Assembly (NCBI GenBank): GCA_002189035.1
Contig: CM007990.1
Span: 4,402,001-4,466,000, forward strand
DNA: 64,000 nt
From: Utricularia gibba
Lineage: Eukaryota; Plantae; Magnoliophyta
Direction of reading: 5' to 3'
In this document: one piece after another, positions 28,575 to 41,915 of the stretch
Position numbering within the stretch: position 1 is the stretch's first letter
How the letters are laid out: the number at the start of each line of letters is the position of its first letter
Notes under the pieces: model-generated
The model's database searches: none
Told to the model about the DNA's origin: nothing
Seen by the model: only the letters and a program-made list of their open reading frames with translations
Made by a program: the position numbers and the translations under genes

Positions 28575-31500
28575 ATGGCCGCTGATGAAGTGACCGAATA
28601 TGGGCCGCACTTTACTCTTCAAGTACATTTCTCCTCCTCTGTTTCTTTCCACGTCATTCCTGATCACGCGCGCACACATACTAAATTCTCCTGAAAAGCA
28701 ATATTTAACTGCTCAAGGAAGATTGTTGTTGGAGTTTGCTATGGTTCTAGATCTGGGATCTTCCTGTTGTCGTAATTTGTGTTTCTTTTTTTTTTTGAAA
28801 GGTGAAGTTTTTACTGGAAGGGATATCTGTTGCTCAACCGGTTTTTTCTTTTCTTTTGGGAAAAAATGTATATGCAGAAGGAGGATGACAGAGATTTTGA
28901 TCTCGAAAATGCTGAGGCAGATGCCCCATTGCCTCTCACTGTTACATCACGGGTACATCTCCTCATTGGATTTTGTGCATCTCTTCCTTAGATATCCTCT
29001 TAGCGTCACTTTAGATATGGAATTTGGTTATTTGAATGGAATGTACAGGTGTTGTATATGTTGGGGGACATTACTGCAGGCCCTGCTTTCCGATTTGCTC
29101 AGTGGCTTGAGTTGGTACGAAAGCGCAGCAGTAAATCGAGAGCCTCTGGATTCCCACACCGGCCTCAACACCCGGAGAATGTGCCCCTGAGGTTTGTCTA
29201 TTTGACGAACATGCTTGTATTTAAACTCAGAGTTGATATTTTCTTCTGTTGGGATGTAAAAGCCTCGAATGTGGTTACTACTGTAGTCTCATATATGTGA
29301 TGGATATTTCTTTTTATTGACATGATGTCATGATTTCTTTGGCAGTACAGAAGAACAAAATTTAGAAGTAGAAGCTTCACCATCTGAGCATGGTACAGAA
29401 ATTAGTTTGTGGGAAAGACTTGGAAAGGCCGAAATAGTCGACATTGAATCAAGCTCCTTTTCTTGGAGTGCGCTTTCCTCTCTTCACCATACAGAGCATA
29501 GCAGCAGCACTGATCAATCTGAAGATGATATGAGTAAACCTCTAGAGGTATGCAGGATCATTTTTTGCTTAGAGTGGTAGCTTTGCCTTTCTATTTTTAT
29601 TACATGGGGAGGTGGCATCTCTTGCTCTTGGTGTACATGCGTTTAAAATAATTTTCCTTAAATTTTGGCATTTGTCACATGTTTTATCTTTATGCTTGAA
29701 CAGGTCACAGTGAATTCAGGGGGTGTTGTCTTTTTTGCACTATTTAATCGAACAGAAAGTGATGGGTCCTCCAAGGAAGCGGCAGCTGTAATAAAGTTTT
29801 CATCTTCAAGGATAGCCACCCAATCGGAACGACTTGGCTATGAATTTGCAAAGTGGCTTGGTGTCCATACCCCTCAAGTTGTGCCCTCTTGCATCAGCTA
29901 CCACATCTGAGACTGCAAAGTTTGTATTCCTAAAACATCTGATGATGAAATTTTCAGGCTAGAGTCATTCACAATGCAAGTTCTGAGTGGTTGCAAATCA
30001 AGGAAGCTGCGGAAAAAGCAAGGGATGCTTTTGTGGCTGAACAGGATGAAATTGGTGAAATGACATGCTCTGAACTTCTGGAAGCTCTTGAGCTTAGCCG
30101 CTGCCTTCTGGTCATGAAGTAAGCATACAGCTAATGCTTCTTACCTAGTTGATTGCACTGTATTTTGTGCATTTATTTTTCAGTTCTAACACCTCTTTTA
30201 GTTGAGTGGAAGTCTATTGTACCTTCTCAGTTATGTGCATGGATCTCCCCTACTGGAAAGCTCAAATGCATTCGAGTCACGGGAAAATGCTGAAAGGGCA
30301 GCAGCAGCACTTGGGAGGATCTTGATGTTAGACCTTGTCATAAGAAATGAGGATCGCCTCCCTTGTCGCCAACTCCGGTGGCGCGGCAACTCTGCAAATT
30401 TAATCTTGACAGATAAGGCATCGACTGTAAATGTTGATCCTCTTGAGGTGGCTTTTGACTCTGCTATCCAGAGATATAGACCAAAAGTTATTCGAGCCCT
30501 TCAGAAGGAGAGAAGGGCAACTTCTATTGACTGTAGACTGGCTCCTACTCAGTCAGCATTACTTTCACAGAATTCTGATCTGTCTGACTTATCAGAATCT
30601 CCACTCTCTAGTAATCTGAGTGTAAAAAGTTTATCCTTGAGCGAGCAACTTGGTTCAGATTTGCGCTTTGTGGCAATAGATTCTGGTGTGCCCCGTAGAC
30701 CTCCAGCTGGTAAGCGCACAAATGACCAGGCGACTTATCCTAAACTAGTTGAGCTCCTAATCAACAGTCCAGACTATGCATCTGAGCTCTTGTTTGAGAT
30801 AACAGGTGGAAAACTTGGGACTTCAACAGAAAATGCTAATGCTAGAAGTGATTTCTCTGAGAAGGAGATGAGTTCTATTGTGCATGAATTCAGAAGCGGC
30901 TTTCGAGCAGCTCTTAGGGACTTGCAGGGATTTCATATCTTCCTGATTACACTTTACCAAAAGTTAGAATGTAATTTGCGAGCATTGCTTGGCATTATCA
31001 ACAGATGTTCTTCTGGGGATCTGGAAAAGGAGGAGCTATTTGTCACTGATTCTCCATTGCCACCAAGAGGAACATACATGCATTGCCCATCATCACCTAC
31101 CAGGGATCTCGTTGGTGATAACATCTCTGATGTAAATGACTCAGAAACACACAGAACAGCTACAAGGGCATCAAGAGAAAGTTCAGATAATTACTCCCCA
31201 TTGACACGTGAAAATTGGCATGGGAAGTTCAACAAAGGCAGTGGTGAGCATATACGTAGCTTGAGGTTGACTACCAAGCTACGGGACTTCCACAAATACG
31301 CAAAGGTTTGCAAGGAATTAGTGGCTTGAGTTATGCTTCCTGTCAAGTGTCAACAACAGTTTGTTTACATAAGAATTTTCCATTAAGATGCACATATTTG
31401 TGGTTCTTCCTGAATCTTACTGTAAAGTGATTGGCTGGTAGCATCTATATCTCTGTTGTTGAACTCTGCTTTCTCTCAGGTTGATGCAGAAGTCCAAAGG

Positions 31501-32621
31501 GAGATAGATCAATGGAATAGTACACTAAAAAATGATGCCATCAAACTGTGCCAGGAGAACAACTTCATTACCGGATTCTTTAATGGTAGTGATAGCAATT
31601 ATGTGGTTGATGCTTATGAGCTGAAGGTAAGAAAGTATTACAGTGTTGCTCTCAAAAGTAAAATATTCTTGAACATGAACTATTCTATTACCAGGTGAGG
31701 CTAGAGCACATTCTTGAGAGGATAGCATTGATTTCTGATGCAGCAAACACCGAAAAGCCATCACCAATCTCTGAGAACCTGTTCATTGGTGGAGCACTTG
31801 CAGCCAGGTCTGTATACACTCTGCAGCTTCTGGGAATCAGCCATATATTATGTTTGTGCTCCAATGAAATCGGGCAGGCAGACTCCCAGTTTCCTGATTT
31901 GTTCGAATACAAGAACTTTTCGGTAACATGCCTACTTTTTATCTTCATCTGGCTTAGTAAAAATTCATTGCTACGTTCCTGATTTGGTTTACACCATCAG
32001 ATATGTGACAATGAAGATGCCAACATCAGTGATATTTTCCAAGAAGCACATGATTTTATTCAACACGTCGAGCAAATACAGGGGAAGGTCTTGGTTCATT
32101 GCTTTGAAGGCAAGAGTAGGAGTGCTACCGTGGTTCTGGCCTACCTAATGCTCAGAAAGTAAGCACTACATTTTTTAGTGGAATGACTTCTTCCTTGAGC
32201 TCAGAGCGCACAAGTCAAGGCAGTGAAGAGTTACCATGCACTGTGATGCAGAAAGATGACTCTTTTGGAAGCATGGAGTTCACTGAGAAAGGCCCATCGC
32301 AGAGCTCAGCCGAACGACGGCTTCGCAAGGATTCTGGTGGAGTTGGATGAGGAGCTACACGGCAAAGCGTCGATGCAATGGCAGCACCGAAAGCCAGTGA
32401 TGAAGGTGTGCCCAATCTGTGGGAAAAATGCTGGCCTCAGCAGCAGCTCCTTGAAAATCCACCTGCAAAAAGCACACAAGAAGCTATCTTCCGGCAGCGT
32501 GGACAGTGCCATGACTTTGGAGATTCAGAAAGCCGTCGATGCTCTCCGAATGAGCCGCGGTGGCAGCGTCAGCCCGACGCAACAGAGACAACATACCACA
32601 GACGCCGCATTCCATGACTGA
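28575..32621 (+). CDS. PHS1: PROPYZAMIDE HYPERSENSITIVE 1: atypical tubulin kinase plus dual-specificity MAPK phosphatase
   Basis: [23 protein letters not shown], kinase motif [20 protein letters not shown], intact DSP active site [17 protein letters not shown] and a C-terminal C2H2-like [23 protein letters not shown]. Frame is intact across all exons checked. Confidence 0.95.
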
Positions 32622-32900
32622 GGCCCATGCCGCCGGACCTCTTTCCGGCGCATATCTTATCGTTCCGTGGCCATGGGGGATGAATGCCGTGTGTTGTTTC
32701 AAAATGGTTCTAAATTTGAATTTATGATTTTTTAGGGGTGATTGAATAATTTTAAGAAATACTAAATTTAGTTAATTATTTTTGTTTTTATAATGTTTAT
32801 ACAATATTTGAATTTAATTTAATTTATTATTTAATCTTTAATGATTAATAAATCTAGACCACCACCGTACCAGCGTGCAGGAAACGCGGCATAGGAGGCG

Positions 32901-33731
32901 ATGCTCAAAATTCCAGAGCATCAAGTCGCCGGCCACAAAGCTGGCGGCGGAAAGCTCGGACCGTTAGTCGACGATTCAGGTCTTTTCTACAAGCCAATAC
33001 AGGGAGGTGATCGTGGTTCTAACGAGCTTGCGTTCTATTCATCGTTCTCCTCCAACAGTCAGATTCCCGAGCGCATCAACCGATTTTTCCCCAGATTTTA
33101 CGGTACTCAACTTCAGGACGCCTCCGATGGCTCTGGTGTCCTGTCTCATCTCGTTTTACAAGATCTCACATTTGGTAAATTGAATCCATCGGTAATCGAC
33201 ATCAAGATCGGTGCCAGAACGTGGCCTCCGCAATCGCCTGAAGATTATATCAGCAAGTGCTTGACGAAGGATAGATCGACGTCAAGCATTTCGTTAGGGT
33301 TCCGATTGTCCGGCTTGCAAATGTACGAAGGCGAAGAGTTGGGAATCTGGAAGCCGGAGGACAGGACCTCGGTTCAGTCCCTTTCCGCTGAAGAAGTTAA
33401 AACATTCCTGAAGAAATTTGTGTCCACGAGCAGCTCCAAACCCGACGCCGCTTTTGCTTCATCTGTTTACGGTGGACCAAATGGTATTTTATCGCAGCTG
33501 CTGGAACTGAAGTCATGGTTCGAGACTCAAACAGCGTATCATTTCTATTCCTGCTCAGTTCTCATGATGTTTGAGAAGGAGCATGCATTTAAGGGAAAGA
33601 GCCCTCTACCTGAAATCAAGCTTGTTGATTTTGCTCATGTTGTGGAAGGTGAAGGTGTAATTGATCACAACTTCTTAGGTGGGCTGTGCTCTTTGATCAA
33701 CTTCATTTCCCAGATCCTTGCATCTCCATGA
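32901..33731 (+). CDS. IPK2: Inositol polyphosphate multikinase (IPK2), intronless, 276 aa
   Basis: MLKIPEHQVAGHKAGGGKLGPLVDDSGLFYKP, PSVIDIKIGART (PxxxDxKxG), SCSVLMMFE, LVDFAHV, IDHNFLGGLCSL. Confidence 0.97.
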   Translation: MLKIPEHQVAGHKAGGGKLGPLVDDSGLFYKPIQGGDRGSNELAFYSSFSSNSQIPERINRFFPRFYGTQLQDASDGSGVLSHLVLQDLTFGKLNPSVIDIKIGARTWPPQSPEDYISKCLTKDRSTSSISLGFRLSGLQMYEGEELGIWKPEDRTSVQSLSAEEVKTFLKKFVSTSSSKPDAAFASSVYGGPNGILSQLLELKSWFETQTAYHFYSCSVLMMFEKEHAFKGKSPLPEIKLVDFAHVVEGEGVIDHNFLGGLCSLINFISQILASP

Positions 33732-34318
33732 AAATCCTGCTGCAAATGGAGAACCAGTTCCCACTAAAAGGAGCTCACTGGTAAGAGCTTTCATCTAGGC
33801 CATTCTCTTGGATTTTTTACTACATTATGAATTGAAGCATGTACGTCTGCTTGTAAGGGATTATTGCTTAGTTTCTTAAGCTAGTTGCTAGCTAGCCCCA
33901 AGCAATGGAACAATGAAGGGTAACGAGAGAGATGCATACCCTGAAATGTAAACTGATTAAATGCTGGGGAATTACATTGCAATAGTTATTTACAAAAGCT
34001 TGCTCACACTTGCGGCATCAGCCTGAGAGCTGTTGTCCGAATATTCAAAATTGTAAAGCCAACAGCAAACGCACCTCTATGTAGCCTGTAGACATATCCG
34101 TCGGTAACATGTCTATGAGGGAGCCTGCAGGAAACGCACCCCTTATTTGATTTAGTTCCGGATTGCTCTGCCCTGAAAAGGAATCATCTCAGGGTCACTA
34201 TGGTTCAAATTGCCTTTTGAAAGGCTGTTTTGGACGGTTTTCGCCCAAGGTTCGAGTCATTGGATCAATGAAATGGAGCTGGTTTTCCATAGGATGGATT
34301 GGTTACCTAGGCATGTGA

Positions 34319-37300
34319 TCAGGGAGTGGAAGAGGAAGTTGCAGGCATGTTCTTGGCTTCTTTGGGATCGACACCTTCTCCAACTGAAGAGTTGTCTTCC
34401 CCTTTGAATTGAAGCTCCCGAGATTCATGCGTTGGACCTCCTCCTTTGTGAGGATCAGGATCTTCCGAACCATGCGAACGAATTCTCTGTTTGTGGGCAA
34501 GGAGATTAGTATGGAAATCGGGGATGAAGCAAGAGAGCAGCAGATGATGTCTTACTCCCAGGGGTCATCTCCGACGAGCATCATATCATCCTCATCGTCG
34601 GTATACACAACCAGCCAATTCTTGCTTCGAACCTTGAGTTCGCCATTGAACTCGAACAGATTATCCAGTTCGGCTATCAATTCTTGGTAGCCGCAAAATT
34701 TCGTGAGATCCACAGATCGACCAAGGGCAGTTCCCTGCTTCAAGACCTGGAATAAGAACAGTTTCATGGACTATAAGATGATGAGAACCACTGATGCTGG
34801 ATGATTCAATGCCATAACATGTATAACCTTGGTGCAGCTCCTTGTTGAACTGCAAATGCCTCTGCCTTCTCTTTCTGCAGCTCCGGACACGGGGTGGGAG
34901 CTCGTGATTGACGAAGTAACAGCTGCTTTCGCTCCTTTTGATTGATCATATTCCAATATTGGGGCTTGATTCGCAAGGATTTCATGACGCAGGGAACTTG
35001 ACGGCTCAACCACACTAGTTTTGGGAAATGAAACTGGCTCCAGTGGAGCTGAGTCCCTGGTGAAAGATATGCCAAAAATCTTGCAGATCCCGTCTTTGGG
35101 CTTGCCGAAGTCCTGAGGTTGCCCCGGAATCATCTCTCGGGATTCAACTGGCGGCACATGAAGGAATGCTGGAGAAATCAACCAGTTTGGTTGCTCACAA
35201 CGACGATTCGGAAATGAGGAGAAATCTCTGAAAGCACCATATCTTTCATCATGCTGCGCTTGATATGAAGAATCAGCAGAATGATCTTGAGTTGTCATAC
35301 AAGACTCCATCAGATTCAATGAGAGCCTAGGAGATATTGTAGGCCAAAGATTCCCGCCTGCTAAGCTGTGTTTCCTCTCAACCTCTTGATGATATCGGCT
35401 TGAAGCAGTTACATTACTTGTTGGCCTGGAGTGCTCTCGGGATGCACTGTTCATCTGTGTTCCACCACCCGACAGCATATCAACGAATGATGACTCTGTT
35501 TGCCCCAGAGCTGACCTCTTATCTGAATGGTATATTCTTGAAACAGAAATGGCATCCTTCTCATCCATTGAGGAATTCCATAGTTGTGGCTTATTGGATG
35601 ACTCCGATTCATGACTCTCTCCCAAGGCTGCTCTCAAGGTCGATGTTTCTTGACCTTGAAAGACCCTTGGAAGCCCATTGGCAGGTGAAGGGTCTACTGC
35701 TATCTTCGTGTGGCCTGAGTTACAACATAAACAACTCGTCAGTTAAGAAAAGTAGAAGAGGCTTTGGGAAGAGAATGGCCTGGATCAGTGCAGTGATGAA
35801 ATTGTGGCTGAAACTTCATGAATACCATTTCGAAATCACTTGTGAATTGTGCATGGAACAAGGGCAGGATTAAGCTAAAAGAATCGACATAAAGAAATAA
35901 CAACCTTCTCGAGCAAGAACCGAAGGATCAGGCGATGAGGGATCCATGCACGAACGAGGTCTCTTCTGTCTAGAAACTGGAGGCAGATTAAGAGCAGGGG
36001 CGAGGGCAGGTTCTATTTTCCATGGTGAAACTCTATCTGGCCGAGGAATTGTTGAATTTTCGTCCCACCGTACCTGAGAAGAGTCAACCGATTTCCAGAG
36101 CATGAAAACCACAAAAGAGCTTATCAGAAATCATGGCTTCCATTTAAACCAGAGGTAATACCTTCAGGCATCTCCATTTCGAATCTGGCCATTTCTTTGG
36201 GTCTGCATCTTCAATGCCAACAACAGTTCCAGTGAACCTGGAGGGAAATAAGTCGTTAAAAATTTCACAGAGTAGTCTTCAGAAAGGTCCTGTGATGCAT
36301 TCATTATACCTTTGTTCAGGAGACTCATCACCTTCAAATCTCATCTTGAATCGCATTCCGATGGTATAATTGTTCTTGATGGACTCCATATATTGATGGT
36401 AAGGGACAATAAACTCAGCAGGGCTTGTCCTGTGAACAAATACAGCAAAGCCGCGCCCCATCACACAAACTGCCAGATTAAGCTTGCATTATGACCAGAA
36501 GAGCAAAAGCCACATACCTAGGCTTGTAAAATACGGTGAACATGCTCTTGGTCTGAATGGCATGCCAAGCTGTTGCAAGAACACCAAGTTGCATGCTGTG
36601 GCTGGATATGACCGGCGAAGGAGAATTTCCCTGTTGTCTCATCGCACGCCTGACACCAACCCGGAGCTCTCCATTCTCCCCTCTGTAAATCAGCTCTCAT
36701 TATTGAAAACTCACCAGAGGGAGACTCATTGACAAGCAAGGTTGAGATTTAACCTCAAGAATATGAAGGCATCCCCTGCAACAAGCCTCTTGGAGCTAAC
36801 AAAGACACTCCAGCCACTTTGGAGGAGATGCCGCCGTGGTTGACCTGTAAGTAATTTACAGGGTCATTAACAACCAGACTCTCTGAAAATAGAGGTTCTA
36901 ATTTCTTCCTTAGGTTTCATATTATCACTTCACATAAGGTACTTTTGAGCAATGAAATCTGTGACCACATCCACAGAATACAAAATTTTCTGCTTGAGCA
37001 TGGCATTCTACTCCTTAGCAGAGAAAACACATACGGTTCAGTGAAAATTTTCATGCAAAATCTTCAGAAGAAGACACTCTGCCTCTTGAAACAGAAACAC
37101 CGTAAGACTTTAGTTTTTACCACGAAATATGTGTCTGAATCTCCACTCATTCCCCAGGAGATCTCTGGCAACTAGTTCTTGAGTTGGGGCTGCTTCGACA
37201 TATCCTATATTGAAGGAAACAGTAAGAAAAGGAAAAAAAAGACACCCCAGAAACTTGCAGGTGCAGAAACTCATTCAAACCAGTGGAGGTAGGCATTCAT

Positions 37301-38164
37301 CAGCATGTCGTCTCAGCACTGAAAACCCACCATGTGTGCTTGTATCTGATGCTGTAAGAGTCTTGCAGAAGGAATGAACGTGGAACCGGGGAGGCGCCAC
37401 CACTGGATTAGAGTCCTTCTGCACTGCAGTCTCGTCTTGCTGTTAAACCACAGACACCATGAGAATCATCCAGATAAGAGAAGGTGAACAGTGACTGATA
37501 TGAATAGCTCACATTAGGTTCAGGCATCAGTGTAATTTGAGCAAAAACCTCATCCGTATCAGGCTCAGCCTACAACAAATCCAGAGAAAACCATCAAGAG
37601 AACTGCAAAACCCAGTGTCTGATGTTCAACCAGACAGCACTGCACCTTCAGACTAACGTTGACCACACGACAAAGGATCTTGGGGGGAGATTATACACAG
37701 GCATCTGCTGGTCTCCACTTTGATTGGTAGATGCCTCCACCTGTTGGACGAGAATCCCAACAGAAAATGAGGGAGAGACAGGGAGAAACCCTAGTTGCAG
37801 AACCGGGGCTAATCGAAAAGGAAAAGGCGTAGTTACTGAGTTCTGATCCTCAGAATTCAGGAACGCGACGCAGAACAAAGAGAGCACCTGCTCTATGTGG
37901 CCTTGAGGAAAATAGAAAGCAAGTTCGTTTTCGCGGGGAACAGAGACCAAGGGACCAGCGCAAGCCTTCCACAGCTCCGTGTACAACGCCGTTTCAGCAT
38001 CATCTGAAGAAGAACAACGCTTAATTACACCCGAAAAGCACTGACCCACAACATCATTAACCACGAAAATTACCCTTCCCGGCGGCGGAGCTCCCCTTCC
38101 CCGGCGAAGAGTTACAGACTCTGTTATCACTGTAACCCCTGATCGACACCTCCGATGCAGCCAT
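34319..38164 (-). CDS. ARF2: Auxin response factor 2-like repressor (B3 DBD, dimerisation domain, PB1); three apparent 1-bp deletions
   Basis: Starts [14 protein letters not shown]. Motifs [99 protein letters not shown]. The end is given for the frame-corrected stop (34319-34321); the uncorrected last exon stops at 34303. Confidence 0.92.
35647..35667 (-). promoter_or_regulatory. TAS3 tasiR-ARF target site in ARF2 mRNA
   Basis: The mRNA reads AGGGUCUUUCAAGGUCAAGAA. The + strand TTCTTGACCTTGAAAGACCCT matches tasiR-ARF UUCUUGACCUUGUAAGACC except at position 13. Confidence 0.9.
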
Positions 38165-38773
38165 TTCTCCACGAGTAACCAAATTTCACCTCAGATCTCC
38201 CATCTCCGAGCTCCACGAATCAAAAAAGCAACCAAAAGTAACTCCACTCCCTCTGCCGGCTAGGAACACGCAAAAGACCCAGCGGATTCGGACCGAACCA
38301 GTCGCACCCCTGTCGCAGGATTTCAGCTCTGGAGCAAATCTCGCGCGATTCCGGGAGGATTCTGCTCCGTCGACTCTCCGGGTAACACCTCCGACCGGGC
38401 TCTCCCCCTAGCGGAGAAGAGAAGCAAACGGCTCGAAAGATTCAGCAGGCGTTGAGGAGATAGCGGTAAGTCGGAAAATGGTAATGGAGACTATAAATGG
38501 ATCAATTCCGCCCGTCGCAGTGAAATTGTCTGCGACTCCACGAAATTGTTACACGAGCAACACGTTTCATCCCGCTTCACAGGTCGCCACCTACAGTTTG
38601 CCCCATCCTTTTTTACCCTCACCTTAATTACCATAAATATCATGATATACCTCAATACTTTTTTATCTATTTATAAACTTACCCCTTTAGTAATTACTTT
38701 ATTTTTTTATATATTTTTACAATAAATAAATTGAAAAATAGAATAAATCTCATTTTAAAACATTGATGTTACT

Positions 38774-39295
38774 TAGATATGTTTGTGGATCGGGTTTGAT
38801 CTAATACCTGTAAGAATTGGAATCGAATTTGATGAAATATTCGGTTAATCGATTCTTATTCAGACTATCAATTTTATTTCTTAATCGATTTTGATCTGGT
38901 TCTTAATCAATTTTGATTCGATTCTAAACAAGAATCGATTATAATTTTTTATTGATATTTTAGATTTTAAATATTAATCATATCAAATCTATATTGTGTT
39001 TTATTTTATTGATATATAAATGATAAATTTTATATTGTAAATTTAAATAATGTATGCATTTGTTCATAAAAATATAATATATTATATAATTAGTATTAGA
39101 AAATAATATTTGTATAAAAATAAAAATAATCGATTCGAATTTCAATAAATGGTTCGTAAGAATTAAAATCCAAATCAGGATTATTTAAATTGATTTTTAT
39201 AACTTTTTATTCATGCACAAACGATTTATTATTAATTCTTAAACTGTTTTGGTTCTATTCGTTTTCAAATAATATCCAACCCATGAACATCTCTA
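38774..39295. mobile_element. Non-autonomous hAT-like element/MITE, about 520 bp
   Basis: TIRs are TAGATATGTTTGTGG (left) and TAGAGATGTTCATGG (right, reverse complement). The 8-bp flanks ATGTTACT and CTATTACT match at 6/8, a degenerate TSD. Subterminal AATCGATT/GATTC repeats are present. Confidence 0.65.
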
Positions 39296-41745
39296 CTATT
39301 ACTATCGTTTTTAAAAATAATTTAATCTATTTACCAAAATTAAAAACTTTGGATAGTCGACCAATAGAAGCAGAAATGGAGGGGGCATACCTAAGGCTAG
39401 GAGGCAAAAATATCTGCATTTCTTTAATAGAGCATAATATTTAAAATTAATTAAACCAATGGAAAAATCGGCCAAGTTCAATGCACTAGAAAAATTACCA
39501 CCTATCCTCTTTAACTGTGGAAATTTGGGTAAGGGTCAAAGGGACATGCGGCGTTTTTACTTTTTACCTTTGCCTTTTTTTACCATTTACCTAACCACTT
39601 GGGGTGAATGGAGGAAGGTCAAGGCACATTTACTGATTTTACTTTTACTTTTTTTTTGTTTATTTACGGATTAACCCCCAGTTGAAATTTTGAACCAATC
39701 AGTGATTAGCACGACTCCGGGATTCAACGCGGGAGAGGACATGGTTGGTAAGAGTGGACTTTCTACCTTGAACCATTCCCAGGGAACAGGCAGTCCCTTG
39801 GGGGTCGATGTTGAAATTCACGAGAGTGGAGGAGGGGTTGGTTTGCAATTTTGGAAAAAAAGGAATATGCCCCCCACGCACTGTCCAAACTTTAGCGGGG
39901 CCCAGTTGTAAATAATTATATTTGTAGTGTAAACTTTCTCTCTTTAGGAATTCCCTTTGCTTCCACCTAATAAAATAAAATTAAATAATAATAATAATAA
40001 TAAAGAGATGTCTTTATTAATTAAATGTTGAAAATTAATGGTTTTATTTTCCATGTTATCATTTATTAATTTCAGTATAGCCCATGTGTAGCAAGCGCCA
40101 TGCTCCCCCCATCAAGTGTGACAACTAAGGAACAAGTCAACTTCCACAATATCCACAAATTGATTTTTGTCTCTTTTTTTTTTAAAAAAAAGTGATTTCT
40201 TGTATTTTTTTTACTATTTTTTTTAAAATTATGGATTCAATGTGAGGTTAAATTCGATTCATTTAAATAATGATGTTTTTTTTCAAATATTTCAAAAAAC
40301 TATTAAATCGATTCAATTTTGTTACGTTGGTATTGTCAATGGTAAGATACTAGAGGGCAGAAAATAATGGCTACCAAGAATGAAATAGGGCACCTTTCCT
40401 TGCTCGTCAAACTCCTAACCCTAGAGTAAAATCACCAAGTGGTTAAATGGATCATAATAGCAGATCCCACTTATTTTCCATTAATATAATTGAAAATATT
40501 TAAATATATCATAATTCATGAATTACACACTAGGTAACATAATTTTATAACACCATAATGTGACTCGTATGAAAGACATCGGCCGGGAGTCTAATAATAG
40601 TATTTCAAATTGATTACGAACAAGAAAGGAAACGTGTTAAAATAAACGAATACTCCTAATTTTGTATGAAATATTTTTATCGAAAGAAAAGAATCTAAAA
40701 ATATAAAATGTCATATACTTGAAGCAAATAATATTATACAAAAAAGAACGTGGGTCCGACACACCATTTCTCCAAGAGAATCACACTCAAAGATCCTAAC
40801 TCGATACTCATCAAACCTTGTTGAATAATTTTTTTGTATAAATAATAGGTTTTTATTAATTTTGAAATACAAATTGTACTGCATAACAAAAGTATTTCAA
40901 ATATAACATAATTTTACATCTAAGACATTCAATGTCCATGTAGCATCATTACTCAAACGTGAGATATATACCAAGGGAGACGTTGGATTCTAGTGACAAT
41001 AATCAATGCAAAGGAATCAATGAGGAATCTCGATATTCAAGTGATTTCTTCCATATTCCTCTCCATTTCACATTAAAAAAAATATTATTATTTATTTTGT
41101 CACTCAACGTTTCCACATAAAAATGAATTACTTCTAATTATATGTCAAAATGCCCAATGAGAATCATTAAAATAGAGAAGACGGCATGGAATTTTAGGGA
41201 CTATTCATTGCATGTATTACATCATATTTGTAAGCCCCCTTCCAAGGAAGCGTGATAGAACTAATTTAAGTTAATCCCTACATTGGTTACAGATAAGAAA
41301 AGAATAAGATTCAGTAGAAATTTTAAAGTTAAGTAGGAATTTTAAAGTTAAGTGTGTTTAATCCAACGTAATTTTAGGATGGGTGACTTCGGAAGCTACT
41401 GGCCAAAAATGTAAAAAACGTAAAAGGGAGGCGTGGTTTGTAACAATATTGAAAAATCAAAATTCAATAAACATAATCTCCATCCATATTAAAAAAAAAA
41501 ATCAAATTTGTGTGGGGATGGATCCTGGCCGTTGAAAGGAAGGGGCAGGCACGTGGCGGAGATGTTTTGTTACCACAAAACCGCGACAGATTTCCGTGGA
41601 TTTCGTCAAAGTGGCACCACAACAACAATCAAGTTTCGCATCCACAGGCAGCTCGCTCATGCACATGCTCCCTCCACAAGTACACACATTTACTCCACCC
41701 CCATTCCACGCCAAACGCCCCACGCCAAAATACCAACAATACTAT

Positions 41746-41915
41746 ATGATTCTATTTGGTATATAGATAAATTATATCTGGAATAAAAAAGATTATATAA
41801 AAAAGGAGCATATAACAATATAATTTTATTCAAACACTTCTATTTTTATTGTTTTATTTCATATTCATGATATAAATTATTTGAAATATAATTTATCTCA
41901 TCTACCAAACATCAT
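41746..41915. mobile_element. Tourist-like MITE, about 170 bp
   Basis: Left ATGATTCTATTTGGTATATAGATAAATTAT and right (reverse complement) ATGATGTTTGGTAGATGAGATAAATTAT form imperfect inverted termini around an AT-rich core. Confidence 0.55.

Noticed and set aside
32901-38164. IPK2, ARF2 and SAUR as an 'auxin cluster'
   Set aside because: The neighbourhood is most simply ancestral eudicot synteny; nothing in the sequence shows shared regulation.
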